A stretch of DNA of 64,000 nt from positions 29,153 through 93,152 of the forward strand of contig JACJXD010000006.1 in assembly GCA_020636845.1 (NCBI GenBank), written 5' to 3'. The stretch comes from Bacteroidales bacterium. Lineage in GTDB: Bacteria; Bacteroidota; Bacteroidia; Bacteroidales; Tenuifilaceae. The translations under genes and the position numbers were made by a program. The notes beneath the pieces are model-generated. The model made no database searches and was not told where the DNA came from. It worked only from the letters and a program-made list of their open reading frames with translations. This document shows, piece after piece, positions 39,301 to 47,830 of this stretch (the stretch's first letter is position 1; every line of letters begins with the position of its first letter).

Positions 39301-39467
39301 GCGTCGGCGTTGGCTCCACTATATGATGCACGTACTCTTACGGTAGGGGGGGCAATGTTTGGATATTGTTCTACAGGCAAACTGTAAATGCCTATAATCC
39401 CCAGTACAACGAAAAAAATTGAAATAACCGTTGATAGTACAGGTCTTTCTATGAATGTTTTAAGCAT
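36318..39467 (-). CDS. RND multidrug efflux permease (AcrB/HAE1-like)
   Basis: 1049 aa with 12-TM architecture. It begins MLKTFIERPVLSTVISIFFVVLGI and contains GMVVDDAIVVVE. Confidence 0.93.
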   Translation of the reverse strand: MLKTFIERPVLSTVISIFFVVLGIIGIYSLPVEQYPNIAPPTVRVRASYSGANADAVLKSVIVPLEEQINGVEGMTYMTSSAYNGGSASIVVYFKQGIDPDIATVNVQNRVSQATSLLPSEVTQNGVTVEKQQSGYILMIQLKSQNPNYDAKFLQNYAQINIVPQLKRVTGVGGVDVLGAGNYSMRIWLKPDVMKSYKLTSSEVVAALQDQNIEAAPGELGEMGNQTFQYSLKFTGKLKTAEEFGNIIIRSDGTNILRVKDVADVELGAQSYSIITKSSGNPAIMLAVSQTAESNAQDIITDVKNQMAKVAKVLPEGVSFHYQMDVSDFLNESISKVISTLIEVFILVLLIILVFLQNFRASFIPAIAVPVSIIGTFFFLKLFGFSINLLTLFALVLAIGMVVDDAIVVVEAVYLQLDSGIKDSKQAALKTLKEIAPAIISMTLVSASVFIPVSYIGGTSGVFFKQFGLTLTVAILISGVNALTLSPVLSSLFLKKHVLPKDRKRTPINVFLMYFNRAFNAATKKYKKILIYLAKKNHRWISVAVVLLFSFILYSIISILPSSFVPQEDSGAIMGTIELIPGSSLEQTDSILTQVTKIVEAIPEVETMISLSGYSFMNGAGSSYGSAVIRLKSWSKRDKTANEIVSILQQKTKGVKNASFMFFGVPTLMGFGLSNGVELKLQDRTGGDINKFYSVASNFLNKLRARPEVLVAMNSFNPRFPQKQIEANIPKIKEAGLTLSNIMLTLQQNIGSLYISNFNAYGKQYRVIVQAAPEYRAQLDNLNSIYVKASNGEMTPITEFIKVTDITGPQGLTRFNLFSSMSFTIIPNYPAGYTSSDVLKLIDEIGLPTGYSYDYSGMTREEAGTKNNTAIILLLSVVFVYLLLAALYESYILPLAVIFSLPIGLAGIYLFTFAAMMGGSGINNNIYVQISLVMIIGLLAKTAILIVEYALQRRRQGMSIVKAAITAAVIRLRPVMMTALTMIIGLIPLAFASGAGAIGNRSIGISALGGMLFGTFIGILIVPILFILFQGLHEKLSSHKIETIDDSDF

Positions 39468-39483
39468 TTTAATTCCTAATTAG

Positions 39484-40548
39484 TTATTGTAATTTTATTT
39501 TCTCCCCGTTCGATAGGTTTATAATATCATCGGTAACAACTCTGTCGCCGGCAGAAAGACCATTAGTAATAACATAACTTTTACCATCGGGTGTCGATTT
39601 TACTTCTATAATTTTTTGCACAACGGAATCTCCCTCAACTTTATATATCATAGTTTTATCCTGCTGACTAAATGTGGCTTTTTGAGGGATAACTAGGGCT
39701 TTTTCGATATACTGTGGAATAATAACTTTTCCACTGCTTCCGCTAAGCAATAATCCTTTTGAGTTAGGAAACGAAGCTCTGAAATTTACAGAACCCGTTG
39801 TTTGGTCAACAACTCCCGATATGGTGGCGATGCGACCTGTTTCGTTATACTCGGTGCCATTGGAAAGTAAAAACTTTACGTCAGGGATGTTTTTTATTTT
39901 TTCAACTTTCGTTTGCCCTTCCCATTTATCCATAAAGTTGTACAGTTCCTTTTCGTTCATGGAAAAGTATGCGAATATTTTGGCTGTACTGGACACTGTT
40001 GTTAGTACGCTGCTGCTGTTAACCAAGCTACCTAGCCTGTACGAAATTGTACCAACAACTCCATCAACAGGGCTTGTAACATTAGTCCATCCCAAGGTCG
40101 ATTGCGCTTGTTCTAACGTGGCTTTTGCAGCATCAAGGGAATTTTGGTATGCTTCGAGTTGAACTTTGCTGATAATATTTTTTTCGGCAAGAGGGCGCAT
40201 TCTTTCAACGTTGAGTTTTGCCGTATTGTATGATGCTTTGGCTTCCTCAATTGCTTTAACCGACGATGGAGAGTTTATTTTAAACAAGGATTGTCCTTTT
40301 TTTACCTTTGCGCCTTCGTCAACGTAAACAGCTTCGATAAATCCATCAATCCTTGGTTTTATCTCAATATCTTCTTGCCCTTTTAAAACAGCGGGGAAAA
40401 CAGATTGCAATTCTATTTTTTGAGGTTCGAGAACTTCGGTTTTATACGATTTTGGTTCTTGCAATCGATTTTGTTTAGCGTTTTTGCTACATGATGTAAA
40501 CAGAAAAAGGAGGATTAGCCCTCCAATAAAGAAATGGTTGTTTTTCAT
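39484..40548 (-). CDS. RND efflux periplasmic adaptor (membrane fusion protein)
   Basis: 354 aa. The lipobox is LFTSC. The biotinyl-lipoyl-like GFIEAVYVDEGAKVKKGQSLFKI and a coiled-coil hairpin are present. Confidence 0.9.
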   Translation of the reverse strand: MKNNHFFIGGLILLFLFTSCSKNAKQNRLQEPKSYKTEVLEPQKIELQSVFPAVLKGQEDIEIKPRIDGFIEAVYVDEGAKVKKGQSLFKINSPSSVKAIEEAKASYNTAKLNVERMRPLAEKNIISKVQLEAYQNSLDAAKATLEQAQSTLGWTNVTSPVDGVVGTISYRLGSLVNSSSVLTTVSSTAKIFAYFSMNEKELYNFMDKWEGQTKVEKIKNIPDVKFLLSNGTEYNETGRIATISGVVDQTTGSVNFRASFPNSKGLLLSGSSGKVIIPQYIEKALVIPQKATFSQQDKTMIYKVEGDSVVQKIIEVKSTPDGKSYVITNGLSAGDRVVTDDIINLSNGEKIKLQ

Positions 40549-40624
40549 AATTTATCGTTATTTGTCATTGTTAACTATTCTTAGTATTGTATTTCTTTGG
40601 CGAAATTGTTTTGATAAACTCCAC

Positions 40625-40660
40625 AAATCTAATTATGTTCAAAAATCTAACAATGTTAAC
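40625..40660. promoter_or_regulatory. Candidate TetR operator upstream of the efflux operon
   Basis: AAATCTAA occurs twice (40625-40632 and 40643-40650). TCTAACAATGTTAAC mirrors the motif TCTAACGATGTTAGA found upstream of the TetR gene. Confidence 0.45.
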
Positions 40661-40674
40661 TTGTATTAAAAAAA

Positions 40675-41250
40675 TTAAATGCTCAAAATGAATCTACGCA
40701 TAATTCTGGTATATAAGTCTTTGGGACTGATTGAACTTAGTTCTGGAGGTAGTCCTTTTTGCTTCATATTGTATATAAAACCTTGTTGCAGGCACATCCA
40801 ACTAAACATAACTTCTCCAGCAAGCGCTTTGTCGTTAGTTAATTCTAAGAACAAATTCTTTATTTGAAGAATTTCAGCATGAGCTTCTTCGCTAGGTAGC
40901 ACCCTATTGAAACTAAACATTAGTTGATACAGTTCCTTGTGTTCAAATGCAAAATCCCAGTGGTTAATGGAAAGTTGCATCAGAATTTTCTTTGCATCGG
41001 TTTCTTTTTGCTTTACATTTTCGTATTCCTGATACAGCATCCTGTGTCCCATTAGTGCTAATTCATCTAATAGGTCATCTTTGTTTTTGAAGTATTCGTA
41101 AACAATCGGGGGGGTGTATTCAATTACATCGGCAATTTTTCTAATGGTAACGGCTCCCCAACCGTCCGACATGGCAATTTTTAACGCAGCATCTAGTATG
41201 CCTTTTCTAATATTTTCTTTTTCCTTTTTTCTTCGTTCAACATGTCCCAT
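40675..41250 (-). CDS. TetR/AcrR family transcriptional regulator (first gene of the efflux operon)
   Basis: 191 aa. The HTH is VTIRKIADVIEYTPPIVYEYF. Confidence 0.85.
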   Translation of the reverse strand: MGHVERRKKEKENIRKGILDAALKIAMSDGWGAVTIRKIADVIEYTPPIVYEYFKNKDDLLDELALMGHRMLYQEYENVKQKETDAKKILMQLSINHWDFAFEHKELYQLMFSFNRVLPSEEAHAEILQIKNLFLELTNDKALAGEVMFSWMCLQQGFIYNMKQKGLPPELSSISPKDLYTRIMRRFILSI

Positions 41251-41268
41251 TTCAAAAATGTTATATTT

Positions 41269-41296
41269 TCTAACGATGTTAGATTTGCAAATCTAA
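41269..41296. promoter_or_regulatory. Overlapping palindromes: candidate autoregulatory TetR operator
   Basis: TCTAACgatGTTAGA spans 41269-41283. The perfect 18-bp palindrome TTAGATTTGCAAATCTAA spans 41279-41296, 29-46 nt upstream of the TetR ATG. Confidence 0.5.
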
Positions 41297-41403
41297 TTAT
41301 TTTTTACTGATGAAGAACTGGTGGTTAAATATTTTTAATACAAATTATTAGATGTGAAATTGAAATTAAGCTGGAGCCGAGATTTGGCTTAGTACATAAC
41401 AAT

Positions 41404-41425
41404 AAAGGCAGCGTTAACTGCCTTT
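41404..41425 (-). terminator. Hairpin downstream of tRNA-Pro
   Basis: The stem aaaggcag/ctgccttt has a 6-nt loop. The T-tract is weak. Confidence 0.45.
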
Positions 41426-41432
41426 GATTTTG

Positions 41433-41506
41433 TCGGGGTGATCCGACTCGAACGGACGACCACTTGCACCCCATGCAAGTACGCTAGCCAACTGCGCCAC
41501 ACCCCG
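41433..41506 (-). tRNA. tRNA-Pro (anticodon GGG)
   Basis: The minus strand reads CGGGGTGTGGCGCAGTTGGCTAGCGTACTTGCATGGGGTGCAAGTGGTCGTCCGTTCGAGTCGGATCACCCCGA. The acceptor stem is 7 bp. The anticodon stem CTTGC/GCAAG carries the loop AT-GGG-GT with G37. The T-arm is GTTCGAGTC. The 3' CCA is not encoded. Confidence 0.9.
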
Positions 41507-41596
41507 AACGCTTTTGGAAGTGCAAAAATACTCTCTATTTTTTGATTTACAAAAATTATGTGTTTAAAATTATTTCCCTTTGGTTGAGTTTGCTCG

Positions 41597-42526
41597 TTAT
41601 TCCAAGTCTGCTATTTGGACAATTTCGTTTTCGAGTTCCAAGGTGGAATTATATCGGTTATCCATTGCTTCGGTTGTAAGTTCCAGCAATTTTTTTCGTG
41701 AATAGTAGCGTGGTGGCTTTGTTAAATGTGGCTTAGAGCACATCTTTAAAAGAATGGGCTTGAGGTTTTCAGGGACTTTTCGGCTTTGTGGTAGAGGTTG
41801 TGTTAGTTGAATGTGTATGGTCTTTAGCGGATTGTCGGTTTCCCATGGGATTTGTTGCGTAAAGAGTTGCCAGATGGTTACGCCTAAAGCGTAAATGTCG
41901 GTGCGGTAATCGAGCAATTCCCATAAGTTGAGCATCTGTTCGGGAGCCGAATATATTAACGAGAAAGGTAATTTTCCGCGTTTTAATGCGGGTTTTTCTC
42001 CTATTCGTCGCGCTAAGCCCATATCTATTATATGTGCAGGGGCGTTCGAAATTTCTTTAATATTATTCGTTTCAACAATAATATTAGCAGGTTTTAGGTC
42101 GCAATGAATAAAGCCGGCATTATGAATTTTGCGAAGAGCCTTAATTATGTTTATGGTTATGCCGAAATAGTCCGATGTTTTCAGTTTCCTACGGTATTTC
42201 CATTGTTTTAAGGCTTGTACTGTAATACCATCGATATAATTGGTAACTAGGTATTTTATGCCATCCTGTTCAAAAAAATCGGGGTTAAGTTCCGTACACA
42301 GTTTTGTGGCTTCGTACTCCTTTTCAAATCTGAATTGATACTCAGGATGATTGTAAAGTGAAGGGTGAAACCTTTTGATTATAACTTTTTTGTCCGAATT
42401 GTTGGCAATGCCTAGGTAGGTGGACGATATTTCGCCGTTTTGCTTAATTATACTTTTAGAATCGTTAAGGGCCAGTACGTAACTATCGTACTGACCCTTT
42501 AACAGTATTGTTTCGCCAATGTGCAT
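41597..42526 (-). CDS. Eukaryotic-like Ser/Thr protein kinase (catalytic domain only, atypical Gly-loop)
   Basis: 309 aa. VIIKRF carries the VAIK-type Lys. IHCDLKPANII is the catalytic loop, IIDMGLARR replaces DFG with DMG, and YSAPEQ is the APE motif. There is no GxGxxG loop; YLGIANNSD stands in its place. Confidence 0.8.
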   Translation of the reverse strand: MHIGETILLKGQYDSYVLALNDSKSIIKQNGEISSTYLGIANNSDKKVIIKRFHPSLYNHPEYQFRFEKEYEATKLCTELNPDFFEQDGIKYLVTNYIDGITVQALKQWKYRRKLKTSDYFGITINIIKALRKIHNAGFIHCDLKPANIIVETNNIKEISNAPAHIIDMGLARRIGEKPALKRGKLPFSLIYSAPEQMLNLWELLDYRTDIYALGVTIWQLFTQQIPWETDNPLKTIHIQLTQPLPQSRKVPENLKPILLKMCSKPHLTKPPRYYSRKKLLELTTEAMDNRYNSTLELENEIVQIADLE

Positions 42527-42527
42527 T

Positions 42528-43874
42528 CTACTTGCTGAAGTTGGAAATAATTTCCTTCACCTTGGCAACTTTTTCGTTTAGCATGTCAGTGGTTTTAGCT
42601 TCGGCAATAAACCGAAGGTAAGGTTCGGTATTCGAAGGACGAATGTTGAACCACCAATCGGGAAATTCAACCCTGTATCCATCGAAATCGTACGAAGCAG
42701 TTGGCTTTTCGAGTTTAATAAAATAGTCGCGAACGGCATCCATTGCTTCGCGTTTTTGTTCCAACTTAAAGTTGATTTCTCCTGAATTGGCGTATGTTCC
42801 AATTTTGGCAATAATTTGTGACAAGCTAATGCCTTTTGCCTTCATTTTGCTTATCACGTTTAGTATTAGAATGCATGCAAGTATTCCGGAATCGGAAAAG
42901 TAGAAATCGCGGAAGTAGTAATGGCCAGCCAATTCACCTCCATAAATCCCGTTAATTTCTCTTAGTTTTTTTGCGGCATAAGCACGACCAACTTTCCAAG
43001 TGTGCATGGTTGCGCCCATTGGGGTTAAGTATTCGCCTACAGCCTTGGATGTACGAATATCCTGTAAAACGTTTCCCCTGAGCCCTTTTTCTTCCAGAAA
43101 GTAATGTCCCAGTAGTCCAATCATTAAATCGGGCGAAATAAATTTACCCTTTTCGTCAACAAACATAACTCTGTCAGCATCTCCATCGAAAATTACACCC
43201 AAATCGCATTGATTCTTCTTAACTAAGTTCTGTAAATCGACTACGTTTTCAGGGATAAGTGGGTTGGCTTCGTGGTTAGGAAATGTTCCGTCAAGTTCGT
43301 CGTACATGTAAATTGGTGAATTTCCCAGAATATCCTTAATTATAAGGGCAGCCATTCCGTTGGAGCAGTCAATACCAATTTTTAGGTTGGAAAAATTCTG
43401 CTTAAACCCGTTTAGAAACGCGGTATATTCAACTTTTATATCATGCTCAATAATTTTTCCTTTGTTCGAAACCGGAACAACGGGAGTATTCTGCATTTTC
43501 TCTTCAATAAATTTTAGCCCTGTGTCGTATCCTACCGGTTCGGCATTTTCGCGCGATACTTTTAATCCGTTGTATTGACGGGGATTGTGTGAGGCAGTTA
43601 TTTGCACCGATGCCTTAAAGTTGCCTTTGGCAGTAGCATAGTAAACCATTGGAGTTGTTGCCAATCCAAGGTTATAAACGTTGGCTCCTGCGTCGGTAAT
43701 GCCTTTGGTTAAGTATTCGTATATTTCGTCGGACGATTCGCGAACATCGCGCCCAACCAATACCTTATCGGTTTTAAGCAATTCAACTAGAAAGAATCCA
43801 ATTTTGTAAACATCATCCTTATTAAATTCCTTGTTGTAAATTCCTCTGATGTCGTAAGCATGAAAAGCACCCAT
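42528..43874 (-). CDS. Phosphomannomutase/phosphoglucomutase (alpha-D-phosphohexomutase)
   Basis: 448 aa. The active-site loop is QITASHNPRQYNG. The Mg loop is FDGDADR and the sugar-binding loop is GGELAGH. Confidence 0.9.
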   Translation of the reverse strand: MGAFHAYDIRGIYNKEFNKDDVYKIGFFLVELLKTDKVLVGRDVRESSDEIYEYLTKGITDAGANVYNLGLATTPMVYYATAKGNFKASVQITASHNPRQYNGLKVSRENAEPVGYDTGLKFIEEKMQNTPVVPVSNKGKIIEHDIKVEYTAFLNGFKQNFSNLKIGIDCSNGMAALIIKDILGNSPIYMYDELDGTFPNHEANPLIPENVVDLQNLVKKNQCDLGVIFDGDADRVMFVDEKGKFISPDLMIGLLGHYFLEEKGLRGNVLQDIRTSKAVGEYLTPMGATMHTWKVGRAYAAKKLREINGIYGGELAGHYYFRDFYFSDSGILACILILNVISKMKAKGISLSQIIAKIGTYANSGEINFKLEQKREAMDAVRDYFIKLEKPTASYDFDGYRVEFPDWWFNIRPSNTEPYLRFIAEAKTTDMLNEKVAKVKEIISNFSK

Positions 43875-44371
43875 TTCTGTTATTTTTTATAGTTAATTGT
43901 TTTATTATTCTGATGCAAAAATAAAATATTATCCCAAACATTGGCTAAATTTTAGAATAGACGGTTTAGCCAAAATCTTTTTCAAATAAACTTAAAAATG
44001 AGTATTATACTTGAATAACTTTGTGTTTTAACATTTTTTTTGATGTACGATGTCTTTTGCTAAAGGAAAGTTCGATATAGCGTAAAAGCATAATTTTGCT
44101 ATATGATTTCGAAAAAACTGGTTTTGTTTATTTTTATTATTGAAGTTGAACAGGATGAGGAGTATAATTGTTAATTCATAATATTTTGTTTCTTTATTGA
44201 GGAAATTCCTTATAAAAATTGATAATACGCATAGTTTTAGTTAAAACTTTTACTTTTTTTGTAATCCTTTTATAATTTTTGTAGTCAAAAAAGTTTTAGG
44301 ATTTTTACCCTTTTAACACCAAAAGTTAATCATTTAGTAAACTATAATCCGTTAACCAAAATCTACCAAAA

Positions 44372-46483
44372 ATGAAAATTTACAAACTTTTCGTTATGTC
44401 TGTTTTGTTAGCGGGGCTAACTTCGGCATGTTCCAAACAGGACAATCCGTTTTTAAAGCCCTACGATACTCCGTTTGGAGTTCCTCCTTTCGATAAAATT
44501 AAACCGGAGCATTTCGAGCCGGCTATTACTGAGGGTATTAAGCAGCATACTGCTGAAATTGAAGCAATCGTTGCTAATACCGAGAAACCAACTTTTGAGA
44601 ACACTATTATTCCGTTAGATTATAGCGGTGAGTTGCTCGAGAAGGTTGAACTTACAATGGGTAACTTGAATTCTGCAAATACAAGCGAAGCATTGCAGGA
44701 CGTTATAAAGAAGGTTTCGCCGATGCTTTCGAAGCATGGCGATGACGTTCGTATGAATGCTAAACTTTTCGAGCGTGTTAAGGCCGTTTACGATAACATG
44801 GATTCTGCAAATTACGATGCAGAACAACGCCGCTTAGTGGAAAAAACGTATAAGTCGTTTGTAAGGGGTGGTGCCAATTTAACTCCCGAAAAGCAAGAGC
44901 AACTTCGGAAAATTAATCAGGAACTTTCGGTTTTAACGCTTCAGTTTAACGAGAATCTTTTGGCCGAGACTAATAATTATCAAATAGTTATTGATAATAA
45001 GGACGATTTGGCAGGACTTCCGGAATCGGTTGTTGCAATGGGTGCCGAAGATGCAAAAGCAAAAGGGTTAGATGGAAAGTGGGTTTATACCGTTCAAAAG
45101 CCAAGTATGCTGCCATTTTTAACCTATGCAAAAAATAGAGAATTGCGTAAGAAACTTTACTATGGCTACTACATGCGTGGTAATAACAACAATGCAAACG
45201 ACAACAAGGATATTGTTAAGAAAGTTGTAGCGTTGAGGCAGCAAAAAGGCGAATTATTGGGATTTCCAACCTATGCAAATTATATTTTAGATGAGAACAT
45301 GGCAAAAACGCCCGAAAATGTTTATAATTTGCTTCATAAGTTATGGGACCCTGCTAATAAAGTGGCTAAAGCAGAGTGCAGCGAACTGCAGAAGATTGCC
45401 GATGAGGAAGGTGGTAACTTTAAAATTGAACCTGCCGATTGGTGGTATTATTCCGAAAAGGTTCGTAAGGCCAAGTACGATTTGGACGAAGAAATGCTCC
45501 GTCCGTACCTTTCGCTCAACGCTGTTCGTAATGGTGTATTTGACTTAACAACCAAACTGTACGGTTTGAGTTACGTTAAACGTGACGATTTGCCTGTTTA
45601 CAACCCCGAATGTGAGGTTTACGAAGTTCACGAGGCTGATGGAAAGTTCCTTGGAATATTATACCTCGACTTTTTCCCTCGTGATAGCAAATCGGGTGGG
45701 GCGTGGTGTACCGAGTATCGTGGTCAAAAAATTATGCCTGACGGTACATTCGTTACTCCTGTGGTTTCTATCGTAACTAATTTCACAAAGCCAACTGCCG
45801 ACAAGCCATCGTTGTTGAGTTTTGATGAGGCCGAAACATTTTTCCATGAGTTTGGACATGCTTTACACGGTCTGTTTGCAAAGGTGCGTTATCCGGGATT
45901 ATCGGGTGTGCCTCAGGACTTTGTGGAGTTGCCAAGCCAAATAATGGAACATTGGGCAAGCAACGGGCAATACCTGAAAATGTATGCTAAGCATTACGAA
46001 ACTGGAGAGCCTATGCCCGATGAACTTATTTCGAAAATTGAGGCAAGCGGTCATTTTAACCAAGGTTTTGCTACTACCGAGTACTTGGCAGCATCGGTTC
46101 TCGATATGGATTACCACACTCTTCCGGCCGATAAGGCAAAGGTTGACGATGTATTAGCTTTCGAGAAAACGTCCATGGATAATTTAGGGTTGATTCCTGA
46201 AATTTTGCCACGCTATAGAACAACATACTTTGGACATATCTTCAGCGATGTAGTTGGCTATTCGAGCGGGTACTACTCATATATTTGGGCAGAGGTTCTC
46301 GATAGTGATGCTTTTGAAGCGTTTGTCGAAAGTGGCGATATTTTCAACAAGGAAATTGCACACAAATTCCGTACATGCGTGTTGGAAAAAGGCGGATCGA
46401 AAGATGCAATGGAATTATATACCGATTTCCGCGGTAAAGAGCCTAGTATTGAGCCATTACTTCATAATAGGGGATTGGAGTAG
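44372..46483 (+). CDS. dcp: Peptidyl-dipeptidase Dcp / oligopeptidase (M3 family) lipoprotein
   Basis: 703 aa. The lipobox is LLAGLTSAC. The zinc motif is FFHEFGHALH with a downstream E. Confidence 0.88.
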   Translation: MKIYKLFVMSVLLAGLTSACSKQDNPFLKPYDTPFGVPPFDKIKPEHFEPAITEGIKQHTAEIEAIVANTEKPTFENTIIPLDYSGELLEKVELTMGNLNSANTSEALQDVIKKVSPMLSKHGDDVRMNAKLFERVKAVYDNMDSANYDAEQRRLVEKTYKSFVRGGANLTPEKQEQLRKINQELSVLTLQFNENLLAETNNYQIVIDNKDDLAGLPESVVAMGAEDAKAKGLDGKWVYTVQKPSMLPFLTYAKNRELRKKLYYGYYMRGNNNNANDNKDIVKKVVALRQQKGELLGFPTYANYILDENMAKTPENVYNLLHKLWDPANKVAKAECSELQKIADEEGGNFKIEPADWWYYSEKVRKAKYDLDEEMLRPYLSLNAVRNGVFDLTTKLYGLSYVKRDDLPVYNPECEVYEVHEADGKFLGILYLDFFPRDSKSGGAWCTEYRGQKIMPDGTFVTPVVSIVTNFTKPTADKPSLLSFDEAETFFHEFGHALHGLFAKVRYPGLSGVPQDFVELPSQIMEHWASNGQYLKMYAKHYETGEPMPDELISKIEASGHFNQGFATTEYLAASVLDMDYHTLPADKAKVDDVLAFEKTSMDNLGLIPEILPRYRTTYFGHIFSDVVGYSSGYYSYIWAEVLDSDAFEAFVESGDIFNKEIAHKFRTCVLEKGGSKDAMELYTDFRGKEPSIEPLLHNRGLE

Positions 46484-46497
46484 AAAAGGGTTATATT

Positions 46498-46530
46498 AAA
46501 AATGGGGTGTAAACATACACCCCATTTTTT
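46498..46530. terminator. Bidirectional terminator between dcp and the DUF364-like gene
   Basis: The stem aatggggtgt/acaccccatt has a 6-nt loop. It is flanked by an A-run on the left and a T-run on the right. Confidence 0.8.
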
Positions 46531-47233
46531 ATTTTCTTATGCGGTAAACTTTTTTCATTCTTGGCATAAAAACTCGTGTTCCTCCGTCGTTTTTTATTAT
46601 ATTAAGTACTTCGGTATCGTTAGTCTCAAATACCGATCCGAAAAGTCCTTTAACCTGAGGAATGCTAAACATTTCATCGTCTAAAGGTGTTGAAGGTCCC
46701 AGCATATATACATCGCACGAGTTTGGTATGTTATTTACAATTCCGGTAAATGTATTGTTCGAAATGCTGGTGGATGTTACAATTACACAGTCGGAATCCT
46801 TAAGGTACTCCTTTTGTTGTGACATCGGAATTACCGGTGCCTCGTGCTGGTCGATGTCGAAAATGTTTAGTTTGATGTCCTTTCCTTCGAACTTCTTAAC
46901 CAGCGAGCAAAAGTAGCCTATCATCGAAATGCTTTTGTATTTGTCAAAATCTACAACCTGAAAAATATCGCCATCGCCATCAAAGGGTACGTTGTAGTTT
47001 AGCACTGAATTAGCTGCTGCATTTGCCAAAATTCTTTGCTCTGCTTTTTCAAGGTTGGGTTTCAAGGCTGTGTCCAGAACATTTACGCCAAGCGTTGCAC
47101 ACACGCCAATTTTTTTTTGCGGCGATAAGGCTGCAACGTATTTTGCTCCTGCCGTGAACGAAAATTCTTCAATCTTGCTTTTATCAATTGCTTTTTCAAA
47201 AAGAATCTTTAAAATGTCGAAATCTGCTTTCAT
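46529..47233 (-). CDS. DUF4213/DUF364-like Rossmann-type protein (putative chelatase-like, function unknown)
   Basis: 234 aa starting at MKADFDIL (Met16 of ORF 46529-47278). The family assignment is from overall resemblance (..AANSVLN.., ..MIGYF..L.., DCVIVTSTSISNNT) and is only moderately certain. Confidence 0.5.
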   Translation of the reverse strand: MKADFDILKILFEKAIDKSKIEEFSFTAGAKYVAALSPQKKIGVCATLGVNVLDTALKPNLEKAEQRILANAAANSVLNYNVPFDGDGDIFQVVDFDKYKSISMIGYFCSLVKKFEGKDIKLNIFDIDQHEAPVIPMSQQKEYLKDSDCVIVTSTSISNNTFTGIVNNIPNSCDVYMLGPSTPLDDEMFSIPQVKGLFGSVFETNDTEVLNIIKNDGGTRVFMPRMKKVYRIRK

Positions 47234-47263
47234 CTCAATAACTTTGTAAAATATAAATTCAAA

Positions 47264-47830
47264 ATGGATAACACACAACTAATTGATCGGCTAAGATATT
47301 CACTTAAAAAGAATGATGTGCTACAATTGGCCAGTTTTTTTGCTTCATCGTCGCAGTCTATCGACCAATTAGTAATGTTAGCCACCGATAATAATCCAAT
47401 GTTGGCGTTCCATTCTGCATGGGTGTTGGAAAATTGCTTACTGAGCAATTCTGATTTATTAAATCGATATTCTCCGAAATTATTGGAAATATTTCCTTGT
47501 ATAGAAAACAACTCAGTAAGAAGACATACTTCAAAGCTATTAAGTTTATGGATTTCCGGTTTTGATGATTTGTCGGAGTTTGTTGCAGAAAGGAGAGAGG
47601 TGTTTCAGCAGTTGGCTGAGACATGTTTCGACTGGGTACTTTCCCCGTCAACGCCAGTTGCCGTAAAGGCCCATTGCCTAAAGATATTGGCAAGGGTTTC
47701 ACCTTATTTTCAATGGGTGAAGGATGAGTTGCCAAACGTGGTAAGGCTGGTTGGGATTGATGCCTCCCCCGGAATAAAATCAATATCAAAAAAGGTTTTA
47801 AAAGAAGCAATGAACCATGAAAAGGGTTGA
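47264..47830 (+). CDS. Hypothetical all-alpha (HEAT/ARM-like) protein
   Basis: 188 aa. The pattern is helical-repeat-like (AFHSAWVLENCLL, VRRHTSKLLSLW, VKAHCLKILARV). I recognise no catalytic motif. Confidence 0.5.
   Translation: MDNTQLIDRLRYSLKKNDVLQLASFFASSSQSIDQLVMLATDNNPMLAFHSAWVLENCLLSNSDLLNRYSPKLLEIFPCIENNSVRRHTSKLLSLWISGFDDLSEFVAERREVFQQLAETCFDWVLSPSTPVAVKAHCLKILARVSPYFQWVKDELPNVVRLVGIDASPGIKSISKKVLKEAMNHEKG

Noticed and set aside
34118-41250. TetR / adaptor / RND pump / outer-membrane factor / TetR cluster as a possible novel system.
   Set aside because: This is a canonical tripartite HAE1-type efflux operon with regulators. Nothing about the gene content is unusual.
41597-42526. 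The Ser/Thr kinase as a HipA-like toxin or defence kinase.
   Set aside because: The motifs are those of eukaryotic-like (Hanks-type) kinases, not HipA. There is no adjacent antitoxin-like HTH gene, and the neighbours are a tRNA and a sugar mutase.
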